A DNA stretch of 59,745 bases, the filler included. It is 5 parts of 5 records of this genome, joined end to end, with 100 filler letters (N's around TTAATTAATTAA, not from the genome) between each part and the next. Parts side by side here need not be neighbours in the genome. Positions count along the whole stretch, not along the records: positions 1 to 15,905 come from SRR31156797_3608; positions 16,006 to 25,931 come from SRR31156797_3620; 3 more parts are not named here. One strand, given 5' to 3'. The position numbers and the translations under genes are program-made. This document shows positions 10,510-21,115 of the stretch, one piece after another. The notes below the pieces were generated by a model. It saw nothing but the letters and a program-made list of their open reading frames with translations. It was not told where the DNA came from and did not search any database. The stretch's first letter is position 1, and each line of letters opens with the position of its first letter.

Positions 10510-10890
10510 TTATTGAATAATCAATTCAACAGCCGGTATCTTGTTACCGCCTGTTTCCGTATAATAGTCCAGAGTTGTGTCGGTTGTTTTCTCGAAATGA
10601 TATGAAAGTGTTGTTCCCGATTCATTGATCGAAAAGAAATACAAGGAATCAGTACTTGTTTGTGATATCAGCGATCGTTTATAGGTCTCGCTAAAAATAA
10701 CCTCGCTGCCCGAGATAGTCTGTGTAATATCAAAATCCTGGAACACAAATGTGTTTACATCAGAAGCATCAGTCCAGGTCCCTTTTATCCACTCAGGTGG
10801 TATAAAATCATCATAATCTTCGAATAAACTGCAATTCACAAACAGAAAACCCAGGAAAACCAGTATCAGGACCACTTTAAAGCTATTCAT
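10510..10890 (-). CDS. Hypothetical lipoprotein
   Basis: 'FVNC' lipobox-like motif; 'PEWIKGTW' motif; stop abuts the stop of the convergent gene. Confidence 0.65.
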   Translation of the reverse strand: MNSFKVVLILVFLGFLFVNCSLFEDYDDFIPPEWIKGTWTDASDVNTFVFQDFDITQTISGSEVIFSETYKRSLISQTSTDSLYFFSINESGTTLSYHFEKTTDTTLDYYTETGGNKIPAVELIIQ

Positions 10891-11137
10891 GACATATCCT
10901 CTTACATTTCTAATATTGTAATTGCTTTATTATATGAATAGTACGACATATTGGCAACATATTTAGTATACAATGACGAAATTCTGATCATAATATTAAG
11001 AGATCTTATATTCAGCAAGTCAATAAATGGTTTTCCTTTCATACTTATTATTTAATTAATCTATATAAAATATGTTGTTATTGGGAATTCGTATATTTAT
11101 TATAGTGTATCACATATTTTAGCTGGTAATATTTACA

Positions 11138-13291
11138 ATGAAATTGAATTCCAATATCAGTAAAACATCAATAATACTAATCTTTGGCATATCTTTCCTG
11201 TATACGGGTATTTTTTGGGGACAAAGCGAATATTCATTTAATCAAGTTTTTCAGAATAAGCAAAGAGGGTCGATTCAAAACACCGCTATCACTCCCAATG
11301 GTACGGTCATTACGGCAAATGGGAATAATGGCATATCGATCTTTGATCATAACGACCTTGAACTGTCTTTAAGAGAAACGATCAACATGGATGGTTTTGT
11401 CAGCAATGTAGAGGCAATAAACGATTCAACATTGTTAATTGCCGTTGAATTTGATGGAATATATATTTGTCGCTATGATGGATCATATTTCAGTATCATC
11501 TCTAAACATGATGTACCCGGCATCATCAATGATATGTCTATCGGGTCTAACGGCATGATCTATGTTTGTTTTGGGCCTAATGGCTTAAGTGCTTATGCCT
11601 TTGATGGCAGTGACATTATTTTAAAAGATAATGTCAGAAGCGACGGCCATGCCAATAAAGTCTTCATTACTGATGAAGGTAAGATATTTCTGGCAGATGG
11701 CCCTGAGGGTATCAAATGTTATCTTTTCAATGATAATGATCTTGTTCTGGAATCAAGCTCCTCCACCGAAGGAAGTGCTCAAGGAATATTTGTTGTAGAT
11801 AATACAAAACTCTATATCGCGAATGGGGCGAATGGAGTTAGTTTATATAATTATAACCCAAGCACAAGATCATATTCATTAATCACTAATAGAAATGACA
11901 ATTCATATGTAACTGACCTTGCTGTAGATTCGAATAATAACATTTTTGTTTGCCATGGTACGAACGGTGTCAAACTTTACTATCTAAATTCGAACAGGTT
12001 TGCATGCATTCAACATATTTCTACGGGTGGTTATGCCGGAGATATTATTATTTCAGATGAAAATGAGGTATTCTATGCCAATGCCTACGATGGTTTAAGA
12101 ACATGCAAATACGAAGAAGGCACATTAATATCTGGAAATCGATCACATAATGCAGGTTACGCTCACGCAACTGCAATCAATAATGACGGCATTGTTTTTT
12201 GCGCAAATGGACATGCGGGATTATATGCCTATAATATCGAAGACCCTGCGAATGATTTTCTTGCATTTACGGATCCCGGTGGTTGTGTCTATGATGTCAA
12301 AATAGACCATGATGGTATCATTTTCGTCGCCTGTGGTACAGAGGGATTACGGGCATATCAATTCATGGGAAACTCTTTTGAACTCTTAGGGAATTTTGAT
12401 GATGATGGTAAAGCCTTAGCTTTAGCACTTGATAATAACCGGGGTATTTATGTATCAGATGCCATATATGGATTAAGGCTTTTTTCATATAAAAATGGGA
12501 CTTTCACTTCCTTATCTAATAAATCTAATTGGGCATCATTTGATGTTGCGATCATTCAGAATGTTATATATTCAATTACACAATCCGGTGCTCCCGTGAT
12601 CAATACGCTTACAGATTCAAGTTTTTCGGGGAGAGGGATCGCCTCAGGTATCAAAGCCTATGACCTTGATGGCGTGATCAATGATGTGATCGTAGCAAGA
12701 GGTTTCGACGGCTTAAGTTCATATCATTCAAATCCGGATGCCTATATGGCAATAAGAACGGCGCACTTGGATAGTCTATGTTTCACGGGAGTGGCAAGGG
12801 CAAAGGATAGTAGCGTATTCGCATTTTCCGCTTTTGACGGTTTGTATGCTTTTAACAGACGAAATAAAACATTTAACAAACTCGCATACAAAAAAACCGA
12901 TCCGGCGTTTGATTCGGATATCACATTTGATGATCAAGGGCGCATCTTATTATCAAAAGGTGAGTATGGGTTTTCTGTCTATTCATACAGTGGATTCACT
13001 CAGGTTCAAACCAAAACCCTTGAATTAAGGCAAAATTATCCTAATCCATTCAATATCATGACAGAAATATCATATTACCTGTATTTTGATAATGACGTGA
13101 GCATTAATATCTATGATCTTCGGGGAAAAAGAATTCGATCCTGGCATATACCTGATCAATTGCGAGGGAATCACCAAATTATATGGAATGGACTGGACAA
13201 GCATGGCAACACATGTTCATCAGGCATATATTTATTTACAGTTAATAGTGGGGATTATTCAACGACAAAAAGAATGGTATTGATAAAATGA
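11138..13291 (+). CDS. Secreted LVIVD-like repeat beta-propeller with C-terminal FlgD-Ig/T9SS-like sorting domain
   Basis: About 42-aa repeats ('..GL.AY.'); C-terminal 'QNYPNPFN..T.I.Y...IYDLRG...WNG.D..G...SSGIY...KRMVLIK'. Confidence 0.8.
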   Translation: MKLNSNISKTSIILIFGISFLYTGIFWGQSEYSFNQVFQNKQRGSIQNTAITPNGTVITANGNNGISIFDHNDLELSLRETINMDGFVSNVEAINDSTLLIAVEFDGIYICRYDGSYFSIISKHDVPGIINDMSIGSNGMIYVCFGPNGLSAYAFDGSDIILKDNVRSDGHANKVFITDEGKIFLADGPEGIKCYLFNDNDLVLESSSSTEGSAQGIFVVDNTKLYIANGANGVSLYNYNPSTRSYSLITNRNDNSYVTDLAVDSNNNIFVCHGTNGVKLYYLNSNRFACIQHISTGGYAGDIIISDENEVFYANAYDGLRTCKYEEGTLISGNRSHNAGYAHATAINNDGIVFCANGHAGLYAYNIEDPANDFLAFTDPGGCVYDVKIDHDGIIFVACGTEGLRAYQFMGNSFELLGNFDDDGKALALALDNNRGIYVSDAIYGLRLFSYKNGTFTSLSNKSNWASFDVAIIQNVIYSITQSGAPVINTLTDSSFSGRGIASGIKAYDLDGVINDVIVARGFDGLSSYHSNPDAYMAIRTAHLDSLCFTGVARAKDSSVFAFSAFDGLYAFNRRNKTFNKLAYKKTDPAFDSDITFDDQGRILLSKGEYGFSVYSYSGFTQVQTKTLELRQNYPNPFNIMTEISYYLYFDNDVSINIYDLRGKRIRSWHIPDQLRGNHQIIWNGLDKHGNTCSSGIYLFTVNSGDYSTTKRMVLIK

Positions 13292-15423
13292 CAAATAGTC
13301 TGTTGTTTAAAATAATTAAAATTGTCTTCCTTGCTCTCACCTTCTCAGGGTCTATTTTACATGCCGAGGAATACTCTTTTGAATTCAATTATCTTGACAA
13401 AACAGAAGATGTGGGAAGTGCGCAATCTATTGCTAAGCTGAACGATAGTACGTTTATCGTCTCATACGGGTTAGGTGGAATAAGGGCTTATTCATATGTG
13501 AACCACGATTTTATTCACCTCTCCCACCTTAAAACTAATGAAGATGTCAATAAAATTGCCGTAACACCTAATGAAGAGTTATTATTTTTAACTGAATCAA
13601 AAATTCTTGCCTATGATTTTTCGGGTAATTCCTTCAATTTCATTGCCCAATACGATGTACAAGGCTGGAACGGAAAGATCTTCACTGTTAACGACAGTAC
13701 TGTTCTGTTCTTTCGGGATAATTATGGCGTATACGCCCTAAAATTCAAAAACTCATCTTTTTCTTTGATCAATTCAATGACTTTGAATGCCATCGATATG
13801 GATATGAACGACAACGGAACCCTATTTCTTGCAAGGGGATCTACGGGTTTGGATGTATATCGATATGAGGATAATACATTCACATGGAAAGCGAATCATA
13901 ATCCAAATTATTCCGTATCAAAGGTTTTAGCTATAAGTGATAGCTTACTCTGTATCAGTGATGGTGAAAATCAAATTTACAAATACACTTTCAATGGATC
14001 ATATCCCACTGAAGTATCAAGTCACTATATAGATTACCACCTTTCAATGAGCAAATATGACAATAATAAATTTATGCTTCACAGCGGTTATTATGGATTC
14101 AAAGTATATGAAAATTCCGGAGATTATGGTTTTAATCAGATAGCTGCATACCCACTTTCTTCTTCCTGGAGACCAATTGAGGCATGTGCTGTGGAAAATG
14201 AAAATATGATCTTTCTTGCCGCAAATATCAAAGGTGTGCATGCACTTGAACTGGATAATAATTCACTACGAGATAAAGCATATGTTGATCATGGAGGGTC
14301 GGCTACGGCCTTGGCTCTTTGGGATGATAACACTATTATCATATCAAATGATGATCATGGTGTTAGAGCATATGATTTCAACGGAATAAATTTTATTAGC
14401 AGATCTCATTTATCAATACCAACAGACGTCGATCACTTGGCGATCGGCAATAATAGGATCATTACATCTAACCGAAGCAGTGAATTCTATTGCATCAGTT
14501 ATAACGGTCAAAATCTAAGCAAAGTATTTTCAATTGACTATACAGGTATAAGCAATCAATTGACCTTTGGTCAGGATGGCACCTTATTTATAGGTAGAGA
14601 TTGGGCCGGCCTTTATGCTTATCAGCTTCAATCCGGCAGCTTAAATGAAATCACTTCGATCGATAATGGTTGCAATGCCGAGGAACTTGAAATTGGTACA
14701 AATGGCACCATTTATCTCGGTAATTATTGTGATGGAATAAGAGTATATTCCTTTAACGGCACTGAGTTTATCAATACGGGCCACTTGAATGACGGTTTTT
14801 CATACTCTAATCTTGCGGTTCTTGGAGATAGAACATTATTTGCAACATCCCAATATGGTTTGCACGTCTATTATTACGATGGGAAAAATCTTATCAATAA
14901 GGCAAATTTCTCAAATGATATGGCGGCATATGATGTCGCGGTGCATAACGATGGAACCATCGTTGCTTGTTATGAGGACGGCTTAAGATCATTTACATAC
15001 GATGGCACTGATCTTATCAATACCGGATATATAGATGAACCAATAGCAAGACAAATTGAGATCGCATCCGATGGTACGGTTTATACGGTGAATGGTTCTG
15101 GCGGATTGCGGGCATATTCTTTTAATGGCTATGTTGGTATAAGTAAAACCGGACATCCCGAATCGTACGGCCTTGAACAAAACCATCCAAATCCCTTTAA
15201 TCCAACCACAGCCATCAGCTTCCAGCTGTCAGCTATCAGCGATGTTGTACTTTCAATCTATGATATGAGTGGTAAAGAAGTTGCAACATTGATCAATGAT
15301 AATAAACCAGCCGGTAATTATGAAATACGCTGGGATGCATCGAGCTACAGTTCAGGTATATATTTCTATCGATTAACGGCGGGTGATTTTATTGAGACAA
15401 AGAAGATGATCTTAATGAAGTGA
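13288..15423 (+). CDS. Secreted LVIVD-like repeat beta-propeller with C-terminal T9SS-like sorting domain
   Basis: Same repeat type as the upstream gene; 'QNHPNPFNPTT...SSGIYFYRL...KKMILMK'; ATGA overlap. Confidence 0.8.
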   Translation: MTNSLLFKIIKIVFLALTFSGSILHAEEYSFEFNYLDKTEDVGSAQSIAKLNDSTFIVSYGLGGIRAYSYVNHDFIHLSHLKTNEDVNKIAVTPNEELLFLTESKILAYDFSGNSFNFIAQYDVQGWNGKIFTVNDSTVLFFRDNYGVYALKFKNSSFSLINSMTLNAIDMDMNDNGTLFLARGSTGLDVYRYEDNTFTWKANHNPNYSVSKVLAISDSLLCISDGENQIYKYTFNGSYPTEVSSHYIDYHLSMSKYDNNKFMLHSGYYGFKVYENSGDYGFNQIAAYPLSSSWRPIEACAVENENMIFLAANIKGVHALELDNNSLRDKAYVDHGGSATALALWDDNTIIISNDDHGVRAYDFNGINFISRSHLSIPTDVDHLAIGNNRIITSNRSSEFYCISYNGQNLSKVFSIDYTGISNQLTFGQDGTLFIGRDWAGLYAYQLQSGSLNEITSIDNGCNAEELEIGTNGTIYLGNYCDGIRVYSFNGTEFINTGHLNDGFSYSNLAVLGDRTLFATSQYGLHVYYYDGKNLINKANFSNDMAAYDVAVHNDGTIVACYEDGLRSFTYDGTDLINTGYIDEPIARQIEIASDGTVYTVNGSGGLRAYSFNGYVGISKTGHPESYGLEQNHPNPFNPTTAISFQLSAISDVVLSIYDMSGKEVATLINDNKPAGNYEIRWDASSYSSGIYFYRLTAGDFIETKKMILMK

Positions 15424-15426
15424 TCT

Positions 15427-15490
15427 GTAACCGGTAACCTGTAACCCGTGACCAGTAACTTGGGGTCTGGGGTCTGTGATATTGGTTATT
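15427..15490 (+). repeat. Heptamer tandem repeats (GTAACCN x5, then GGGTCTG-like)
   Basis: gtaaccg gtaacct gtaaccc gtgacca gtaactt g gggtctg gggtctg tgatatt ggttatt. Confidence 0.7.
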
Positions 15491-15523
15491 GTCTCTTTTT
15501 CTCCCTATTCCTTACAAACAGAA

Positions 15524-15905
15524 CTAAAGTCCAACACCATATATATGGGTAAGTGTGTAGTATATTCCAACTAAAATAAATACCACGCCTGTGATCTTGC
15601 GAACCCAAGCTTCAATTTGGGTCATGCTCTTAAAGATCTTACTTACAGACCTTGTTGCAAAAGCAATCAGAATAGCAAAAAGAATAACAGGTAATGCAGT
15701 TCCAATTCCATAGATCATCGGTAAAATAATAGCAGCATTTTCTCTAATGGCTAAAGGAATCAATCCGGCGAAGAACAACCCCGCGGATACGGGACAGAAT
15801 GCCAATGCAAAAAGTGCTCCGATCGGCAAGGCCATCAGGATCCCGCCTTTTTCAGCTCTTTTCTCAATACCTTCCGTCTTGGGAGAAAATGATATGCCGG
15901 CTCCA
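15524..15905 (-). CDS. ArsG/DsbD-like membrane protein (5' truncated by contig end)
   Basis: 'LFALAFCPVSAGLFF..LIPLA', 'YGIGTALPVI'; hydrophobic; runs into the gap. Confidence 0.7.
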
Positions 15906-16005
15906 NNNNNNNNNNNNNNNNNNNNNNNNNNNNNNNNNNNNNNNNNNNNTTAATTAATTAANNNNNNNNNNNNNNNNNNNNNNNNNNNNNNNNNNNNNNN
16001 NNNNN
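15906..16005. other. Artificial contig linker
   Basis: N-run, TTAATTAATTAA (stops in all six frames), N-run. Confidence 0.99.
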
Positions 16006-16576
16006 GGGAAAGGACGTGGCCATCACCGGTATGGGGACCATCGGCCTCCTCGCCCTGCAGTGCGCCCGCGCCATGGGAGCCCGAAGGATCACCGTCTTCG
16101 ATATCGATCATCAGAGGCTGGACGTGGCAAAAGAGTACGGCGCCGATCTCTGTCTGAATACCCTGGACGCGGATTTCAGAGAGAAAGCCCTGGCCTTTGC
16201 CGGCGGCACAGGTTATGAGATCTGTCTGGAAACAGGAGGCGTTCCCTTTACGGAGATCCTCTGTCTGGAGCTGGCCGCCCCCAAGGGGACAGTCATGTTT
16301 ATCGGCACACCCCACAAGCCTGTGACCCTGCAGCCGGGGGAGTTTGAATACATCAATCGGAAAGAGCTGATCGTTACAGGTTCCTGGATGAACTACTCCG
16401 CCCCCTTCCCCGGCAGAGAGTGGGAGATGGCGGCTTACCTGTTCAGTAAGAAACAGGTGAAGACGGAAAGGCTGATCGACAGGAAGATCCCCCTCAGCCG
16501 GGCCTCCGAAGCGGTGGCGGATCTGCTGACGCCCGGAGCGGTAAAGGGCAAGATCCTGTTTGACTGTGAAAAATAA
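16006..16576 (+). CDS. Zn-dependent sugar-alcohol dehydrogenase, galactitol-1-P dehydrogenase-like (5' partial)
   Basis: Rossmann 'ITGMGTIG' and 'GSWMNYSAPFPGREW'. Confidence 0.8.
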
Positions 16577-16745
16577 GGAAAGCCTGTTCCGGGCGCCCGG
16601 CGGTCTGCCCTGATAACCGGGAGGCCGTTTCAATCTCCGGCTTTTCCCGGAAGAAAAACGGGAGGTCTAATCCGGATCTCGCCCTAGGCCGTGGGACGGC
16701 GGAATCCCGGGAGTGCGTAAAGGGCGGAGGCTGAACATGAGCCTG

Positions 16746-17432
16746 TCAGTCAGACTGGGCAATCTGTCGCCATTTGTTTATGGCCTGGGTCCTGTTGGAG
16801 ACATGCAGTTTCGAATAGATGATGGATAGATGGTTCTTTATCGTCTGCTCCGCCAGGTTCAACTCCTCCGCCGCGTCCTTATTGTTCAGCCCCTCCCGGA
16901 TCAGGCCCATGATATCCTTCTCTCTCTGGCTGAGCTCTTCAAGGATATCCGGGTCTGCCGGCCGGGGCGGTTCGTCTCTTTTCAGCAGGGGCGAGCGCTC
17001 TTTCGATTCTGTTTTCGTCAGCAGCCTTCTGGCTATGGACGGAGATATCTGAATAATCCCCGACTGTATGGCTTTGATCCCGGAAATCAGCTCCTCGGGA
17101 GGGATATTCTTGAGCAGATAGCCCACGGCCCCATGCTTGATGGCTTCATGGACATAATCGTCATCATCGAAGGTCGTGAGCATCATAATCTTCATTTCCG
17201 GATAGAGGGCGTTGATGCGCTTGCAGGTTTCCACGCCGTCCATCACAGGCATTCTGACATCCAGCAATACGATCTGAGGCTTCACTTCCTTCAGTTTTTC
17301 CAGGGCTTCCTGTCCGTTGTGAGCTATGGCTATAACGGACACATCCGTGGTCCGCATCTCCAGAACGTTCTTAAGGCTCTCGACAAACAGAACCTGATCG
17401 TCCACCAGCATGACTGTTAATCTATCTGTCAT
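16746..17432 (-). CDS. NarL/LuxR-family response regulator
   Basis: 'LVDDQ', 'LDVRMP', 'LTTFDDD'; LuxR HTH 'LSQRE...TIKNHLSIIYSKL'. Confidence 0.93.
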   Translation of the reverse strand: MTDRLTVMLVDDQVLFVESLKNVLEMRTTDVSVIAIAHNGQEALEKLKEVKPQIVLLDVRMPVMDGVETCKRINALYPEMKIMMLTTFDDDDYVHEAIKHGAVGYLLKNIPPEELISGIKAIQSGIIQISPSIARRLLTKTESKERSPLLKRDEPPRPADPDILEELSQREKDIMGLIREGLNNKDAAEELNLAEQTIKNHLSIIYSKLHVSNRTQAINKWRQIAQSD

Positions 17433-18664
17433 TTCTGCAGTTCCCAGGGAAATACGATAGTCAGTTCAAAACCTGTTGCCGTGTTCTTCCCGTAAAGCGA
17501 GCCGTTTACATTCTCCAGCCGTTCTCTCATTCCTTTCATTCCTATTCCTTCCACTGCCGTCTCCTGGATCCCCTTCCCGTTATCGGAGAGGGATATCTTA
17601 GCATAGCTGCCGTCACACCAGAACAGAATCCTTATCTCCGAACAGTGCCCGTGACGGAAGGCGTTTACCATTCCTTCCTGGATCATATGATAGACGATCT
17701 TGTCGATCTCCCTGCCGAAGCTGTTGGGAGCGTTCCCCAGTTCCAGGGTTATCTCTATTCCGGTGGATCGGCTGAAGGTATTCGTCATCTCAATCAATCT
17801 CTGCAGGCTCGTTTTAACCGTTTCCTGTCCCACATTCCGCAGCTCCCTCAGATACATGCGGATCTCCTCAAGTCCTTTCCGGGCGATCTTTCTGGATTCC
17901 TCCAGAAGCCCTCTGGTTTTCTCTGAGTCGATGCGGGCGAAATCCGTTGCGGATTCGGTCATCATGATGATATTGGTCAGGGTATAGCCTGCTATATCGT
18001 GGATCTCCCGGGAGAGCCTTTTCCTCTCATTTTCCTCTGCAGATTTCCCGGCGACTATGGCGTGCTCCTGAAAATCAATATTCGCCCTGGTCAGGCGCAC
18101 GATCGAGTTATCCAGCTTTGTCACCTTCGCGCTGTCCCGTTCCTGCCTGAACAGGACGATCCGTATATTCAGAGAGAAGAGGTAGACCGAACCCAGCGCC
18201 AGCAGCATCAGGATCTTATTGTGAAAATCGGGCCCTTCCACCGGTCTGTTCCAGATGATCGCATCCTTCTGCTGCAGATAGATAAACCAGATAAGGAGCA
18301 GTGCGATCCAGGGGCTGTACTTCTTCCCGTAGATGAAGAGCTCCAGTATCAGAACGGATGTGATAATCGATTCTATATTGATGTTGCTTCCCAGAGGATA
18401 GCCGCTGTACCAGCAGAGAATGAACTTGATCAGGAATACCGGAATGATCAACTCCTCTTTAATCCTCCTGATAAACGGCAGTAAGAGGGACATGAGGATG
18501 GAGACATAGCTGACCACGGCAAACTCGGATGTATAGATATAGAGGGTCCTCTCATTCAGGATATTCCATTTGAAAAAGAGCAGCGCCATCACATAGAATC
18601 CCGACATAGACAGCGCGATGGGGATCCTGAAGTCCTTCAGTATGTTTTCTTTCACACCAATCAT
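17429..18664 (-). CDS. Membrane sensor histidine kinase (HisKA_3)
   Basis: Multiple TM; 'ERKRLSREIHD', 'QEGMVNAFRHG', 'DNGKG', 'GIGMKGMRER'. Confidence 0.9.
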   Translation of the reverse strand: MIGVKENILKDFRIPIALSMSGFYVMALLFFKWNILNERTLYIYTSEFAVVSYVSILMSLLLPFIRRIKEELIIPVFLIKFILCWYSGYPLGSNINIESIITSVLILELFIYGKKYSPWIALLLIWFIYLQQKDAIIWNRPVEGPDFHNKILMLLALGSVYLFSLNIRIVLFRQERDSAKVTKLDNSIVRLTRANIDFQEHAIVAGKSAEENERKRLSREIHDIAGYTLTNIIMMTESATDFARIDSEKTRGLLEESRKIARKGLEEIRMYLRELRNVGQETVKTSLQRLIEMTNTFSRSTGIEITLELGNAPNSFGREIDKIVYHMIQEGMVNAFRHGHCSEIRILFWCDGSYAKISLSDNGKGIQETAVEGIGMKGMRERLENVNGSLYGKNTATGFELTIVFPWELQK

Positions 18665-18688
18665 CTCCTGAGTCCTGTTTTTTTAACA

Positions 18689-18765
18689 GGTACTAAAGTA
18701 CCGGGTAATTTAAAGTGGATTGGAAAGGTTTTGTAATATTATACATAATTTGGTACTTTCGTAAC
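18689..18765. promoter_or_regulatory. Putative NarL-type operator sites
   Basis: Palindrome GGTACT-aa-AGTACC (18689-18702) and degenerate copy GGTACTttcGTAAC (18752-18765) in the divergent promoter. Confidence 0.5.
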
Positions 18766-18827
18766 TCTAAATCGGAAAATATCGGGATTAGAATGACCGT
18801 AAATCTAATAAGGGAGGTTCATACCTT

Positions 18828-20123
18828 ATGAACAAAAAAAGAGTTATCTTATTGCTGCTGGTTGCTGCCATGGCACTGCCCGTTATGGCGGGGGGACAGC
18901 AGGAGCCCGGCTCTGCGGATCCGAACGAACCGGTCGTTATAAACTTTATGGCGGACAACAGATCCGAGCTTGTGAAAATGCAGGAGCTTCTTCCCGAGTT
19001 CGAAGCGGAGAACAATATCAAGGTGAACTGGATGCAGCTCCAGGAGACGCCTCTGCGGTCAAAAACCGGATTGGAGCTCTCCTCTCCCTCCACAGATATC
19101 GATGTGATCATGGTGGATTTCCTGTTTATGAACAAATATGCCAAGGCCGGATACCTGGCCCCCCTGGACGAGTACATGGGCAGCGGCTCCACTTTCAGGG
19201 AAAGCGACTACCAGTCTCCTTTCATCGATGCCGTTAAGTATGAGGGCAAACAGTACGCGGTCCCCCTCTACCAGGACTGCAACATCCTCGTTTACAGGGC
19301 CGACCTGTATGCCAAGTACGACCTGAATGTTCCCAAGACATTTGAGGAGCTGGAATACAATGCCAAGGTCATCCATGAGAATGAACCCGGTGTGGCCGGT
19401 ATCACCATGAGAGGACAGAGAGGGCAGGGCGTTAACGAATGGACATGGCCCACATTCCTCAGGGGGTTCGGCGGAACCTATTTTGACAAAGACATGATGG
19501 GTGACCTGGACAGCCCCGAAGCGATCGCCGCTCTGGAATACTATGCCAACATCCTGAACAAGTACGGACCCGAAGGTGTGGCCAACTTCTCCTATATCGA
19601 AGTACAGACCGGATTCGCCCAGGGGCAGGCCGGCATGTTCATCGATTCCGCTTCCCTGGCCCCCCGCTGCGAAGATCCCGCGTCCTCCAAGGTCGCCGGA
19701 AAGATCGGTTACGCCGTGGTGCCCGGCAAGGTCGAGACGCAGCCCGGATTCTACTCCTGGACCCTTGTGGTTCCCGCAAAATCCAAGCGACAGGCCGCCG
19801 CTGCCAAATTCCTGGAATGGATCGTAAGCCCCGAGATCGCACCCCGGCTGGGATGGTCCGCGCCTAACGTCGCTCTGGAAACCGTTTACGATGTGGCTCC
19901 CTATGCCGGATACGATCAGGCCGAACCCCTCGTTAAGGTTATGAAAGACTCTCTGGCCCTGGCCGATCCCGATTACAGGCCCAGGGTCGACGAAGCCTCC
20001 GAGGTGGGAACCCGCGTCTCCATCGCCATCTCTGAAGTCCTGGCCGGTGAGAAATCCGCAGCCCAGGCCCTGAAAGAGGCTGACGCCGATATCGATCAGA
20101 TCATGAAAGAAGCCGGATATTGA
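18828..20123 (+). CDS. Sugar ABC transporter substrate-binding protein
   Basis: Spirochaete-style N-terminus 'MAGGQQE'; SBP_bac_1 motifs 'GYLAPLDEY', 'YAVP', 'LVYRADL'. Confidence 0.9.
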   Translation: MNKKRVILLLLVAAMALPVMAGGQQEPGSADPNEPVVINFMADNRSELVKMQELLPEFEAENNIKVNWMQLQETPLRSKTGLELSSPSTDIDVIMVDFLFMNKYAKAGYLAPLDEYMGSGSTFRESDYQSPFIDAVKYEGKQYAVPLYQDCNILVYRADLYAKYDLNVPKTFEELEYNAKVIHENEPGVAGITMRGQRGQGVNEWTWPTFLRGFGGTYFDKDMMGDLDSPEAIAALEYYANILNKYGPEGVANFSYIEVQTGFAQGQAGMFIDSASLAPRCEDPASSKVAGKIGYAVVPGKVETQPGFYSWTLVVPAKSKRQAAAAKFLEWIVSPEIAPRLGWSAPNVALETVYDVAPYAGYDQAEPLVKVMKDSLALADPDYRPRVDEASEVGTRVSIAISEVLAGEKSAAQALKEADADIDQIMKEAGY

Positions 20124-20218
20124 GAGCGCATACATAAGATAACAAGGTCCTGTGTCCGGCTTCCGGACGCAGGATCGGTTCACAGGGACGGTTCCTGTGA
20201 AACCTTGGAGAACCGCAG

Positions 20219-21115
20219 ATGTTTGAAAACAAAATTCGATTGAAAGATAAGCACTATCTTATCCTGTTTCTGGCTCCGGCTATCATAGCCTTGGCAGTCC
20301 TGTCCCTTTACCCTCTGGTGTTCAGTCTGAGGACGAGTTTTTTCGGCTGGGACCTGATTAAGCCCGGATCTGATAAAAACTTTGTGGGATTCAGAAACTA
20401 CACTTCCATCATCACGAATAAGGCCTTTCAGGGTGCCATCTGGGTTACCCTGAAGTACAGCTTCGCCAGTGTCTCGCTGGCCCTTGTTCTGGGTACCGCA
20501 ATGTCCTTTCTCTTTTATCAGAACCTTTTCGGGACTTGGATCGTCCGTACCGTCGTCATAACGGCCATGGTGATCTCCCCTGTAATCGTGGGTACCCTGT
20601 GGCGACTTATGTATAGCCCTGATTTCGGCATTATCAATTATGCCTTCTCTCTTGTGGGACTGGGACCCTATTCATTCCTTGCGGAGAAGAGCTCCGTATT
20701 GAGCGCCCTCGTTCTGGTTGACGTATGGGAGTTCGCCCCCCTGGTCATGGTCATCGTTCTGGCGACACTTCAGGGGATCAGCCCCACTTATTATGAAGCG
20801 GGGGTCATAGACGGGTGCAACGGCTTTCAGCTGTTCCTCCATATCACCCTGCCCCTGCTGAAACCGGCCCTGCTGCTGGCTCTCCTTATCCGGACGATGG
20901 ACTGCTTCAGGACCTTTGACTCCATCTATGCCATGACCGGCGGCGGACCGGGCACTTCAAGCCAGAACCTGAATATCCTGATGTATAACACGGGATTCGA
21001 GTTTTTTAAGATTTCAAAGGTCTGCGCCATGGCTGTCCTGAGTCTGATCATCATTACCACAATCTGTCTTGTGTTCGTTAAAAATCTGAAAAAGGATGAC
21101 TCATCGTTATGGTAG
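20219..21115 (+). CDS. Carbohydrate ABC permease
   Basis: 'FVGFRNY', EAA-like loop 'YEAGVIDG', 'MTGGGPG'. Confidence 0.92.
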   Translation: MFENKIRLKDKHYLILFLAPAIIALAVLSLYPLVFSLRTSFFGWDLIKPGSDKNFVGFRNYTSIITNKAFQGAIWVTLKYSFASVSLALVLGTAMSFLFYQNLFGTWIVRTVVITAMVISPVIVGTLWRLMYSPDFGIINYAFSLVGLGPYSFLAEKSSVLSALVLVDVWEFAPLVMVIVLATLQGISPTYYEAGVIDGCNGFQLFLHITLPLLKPALLLALLIRTMDCFRTFDSIYAMTGGGPGTSSQNLNILMYNTGFEFFKISKVCAMAVLSLIIITTICLVFVKNLKKDDSSLW

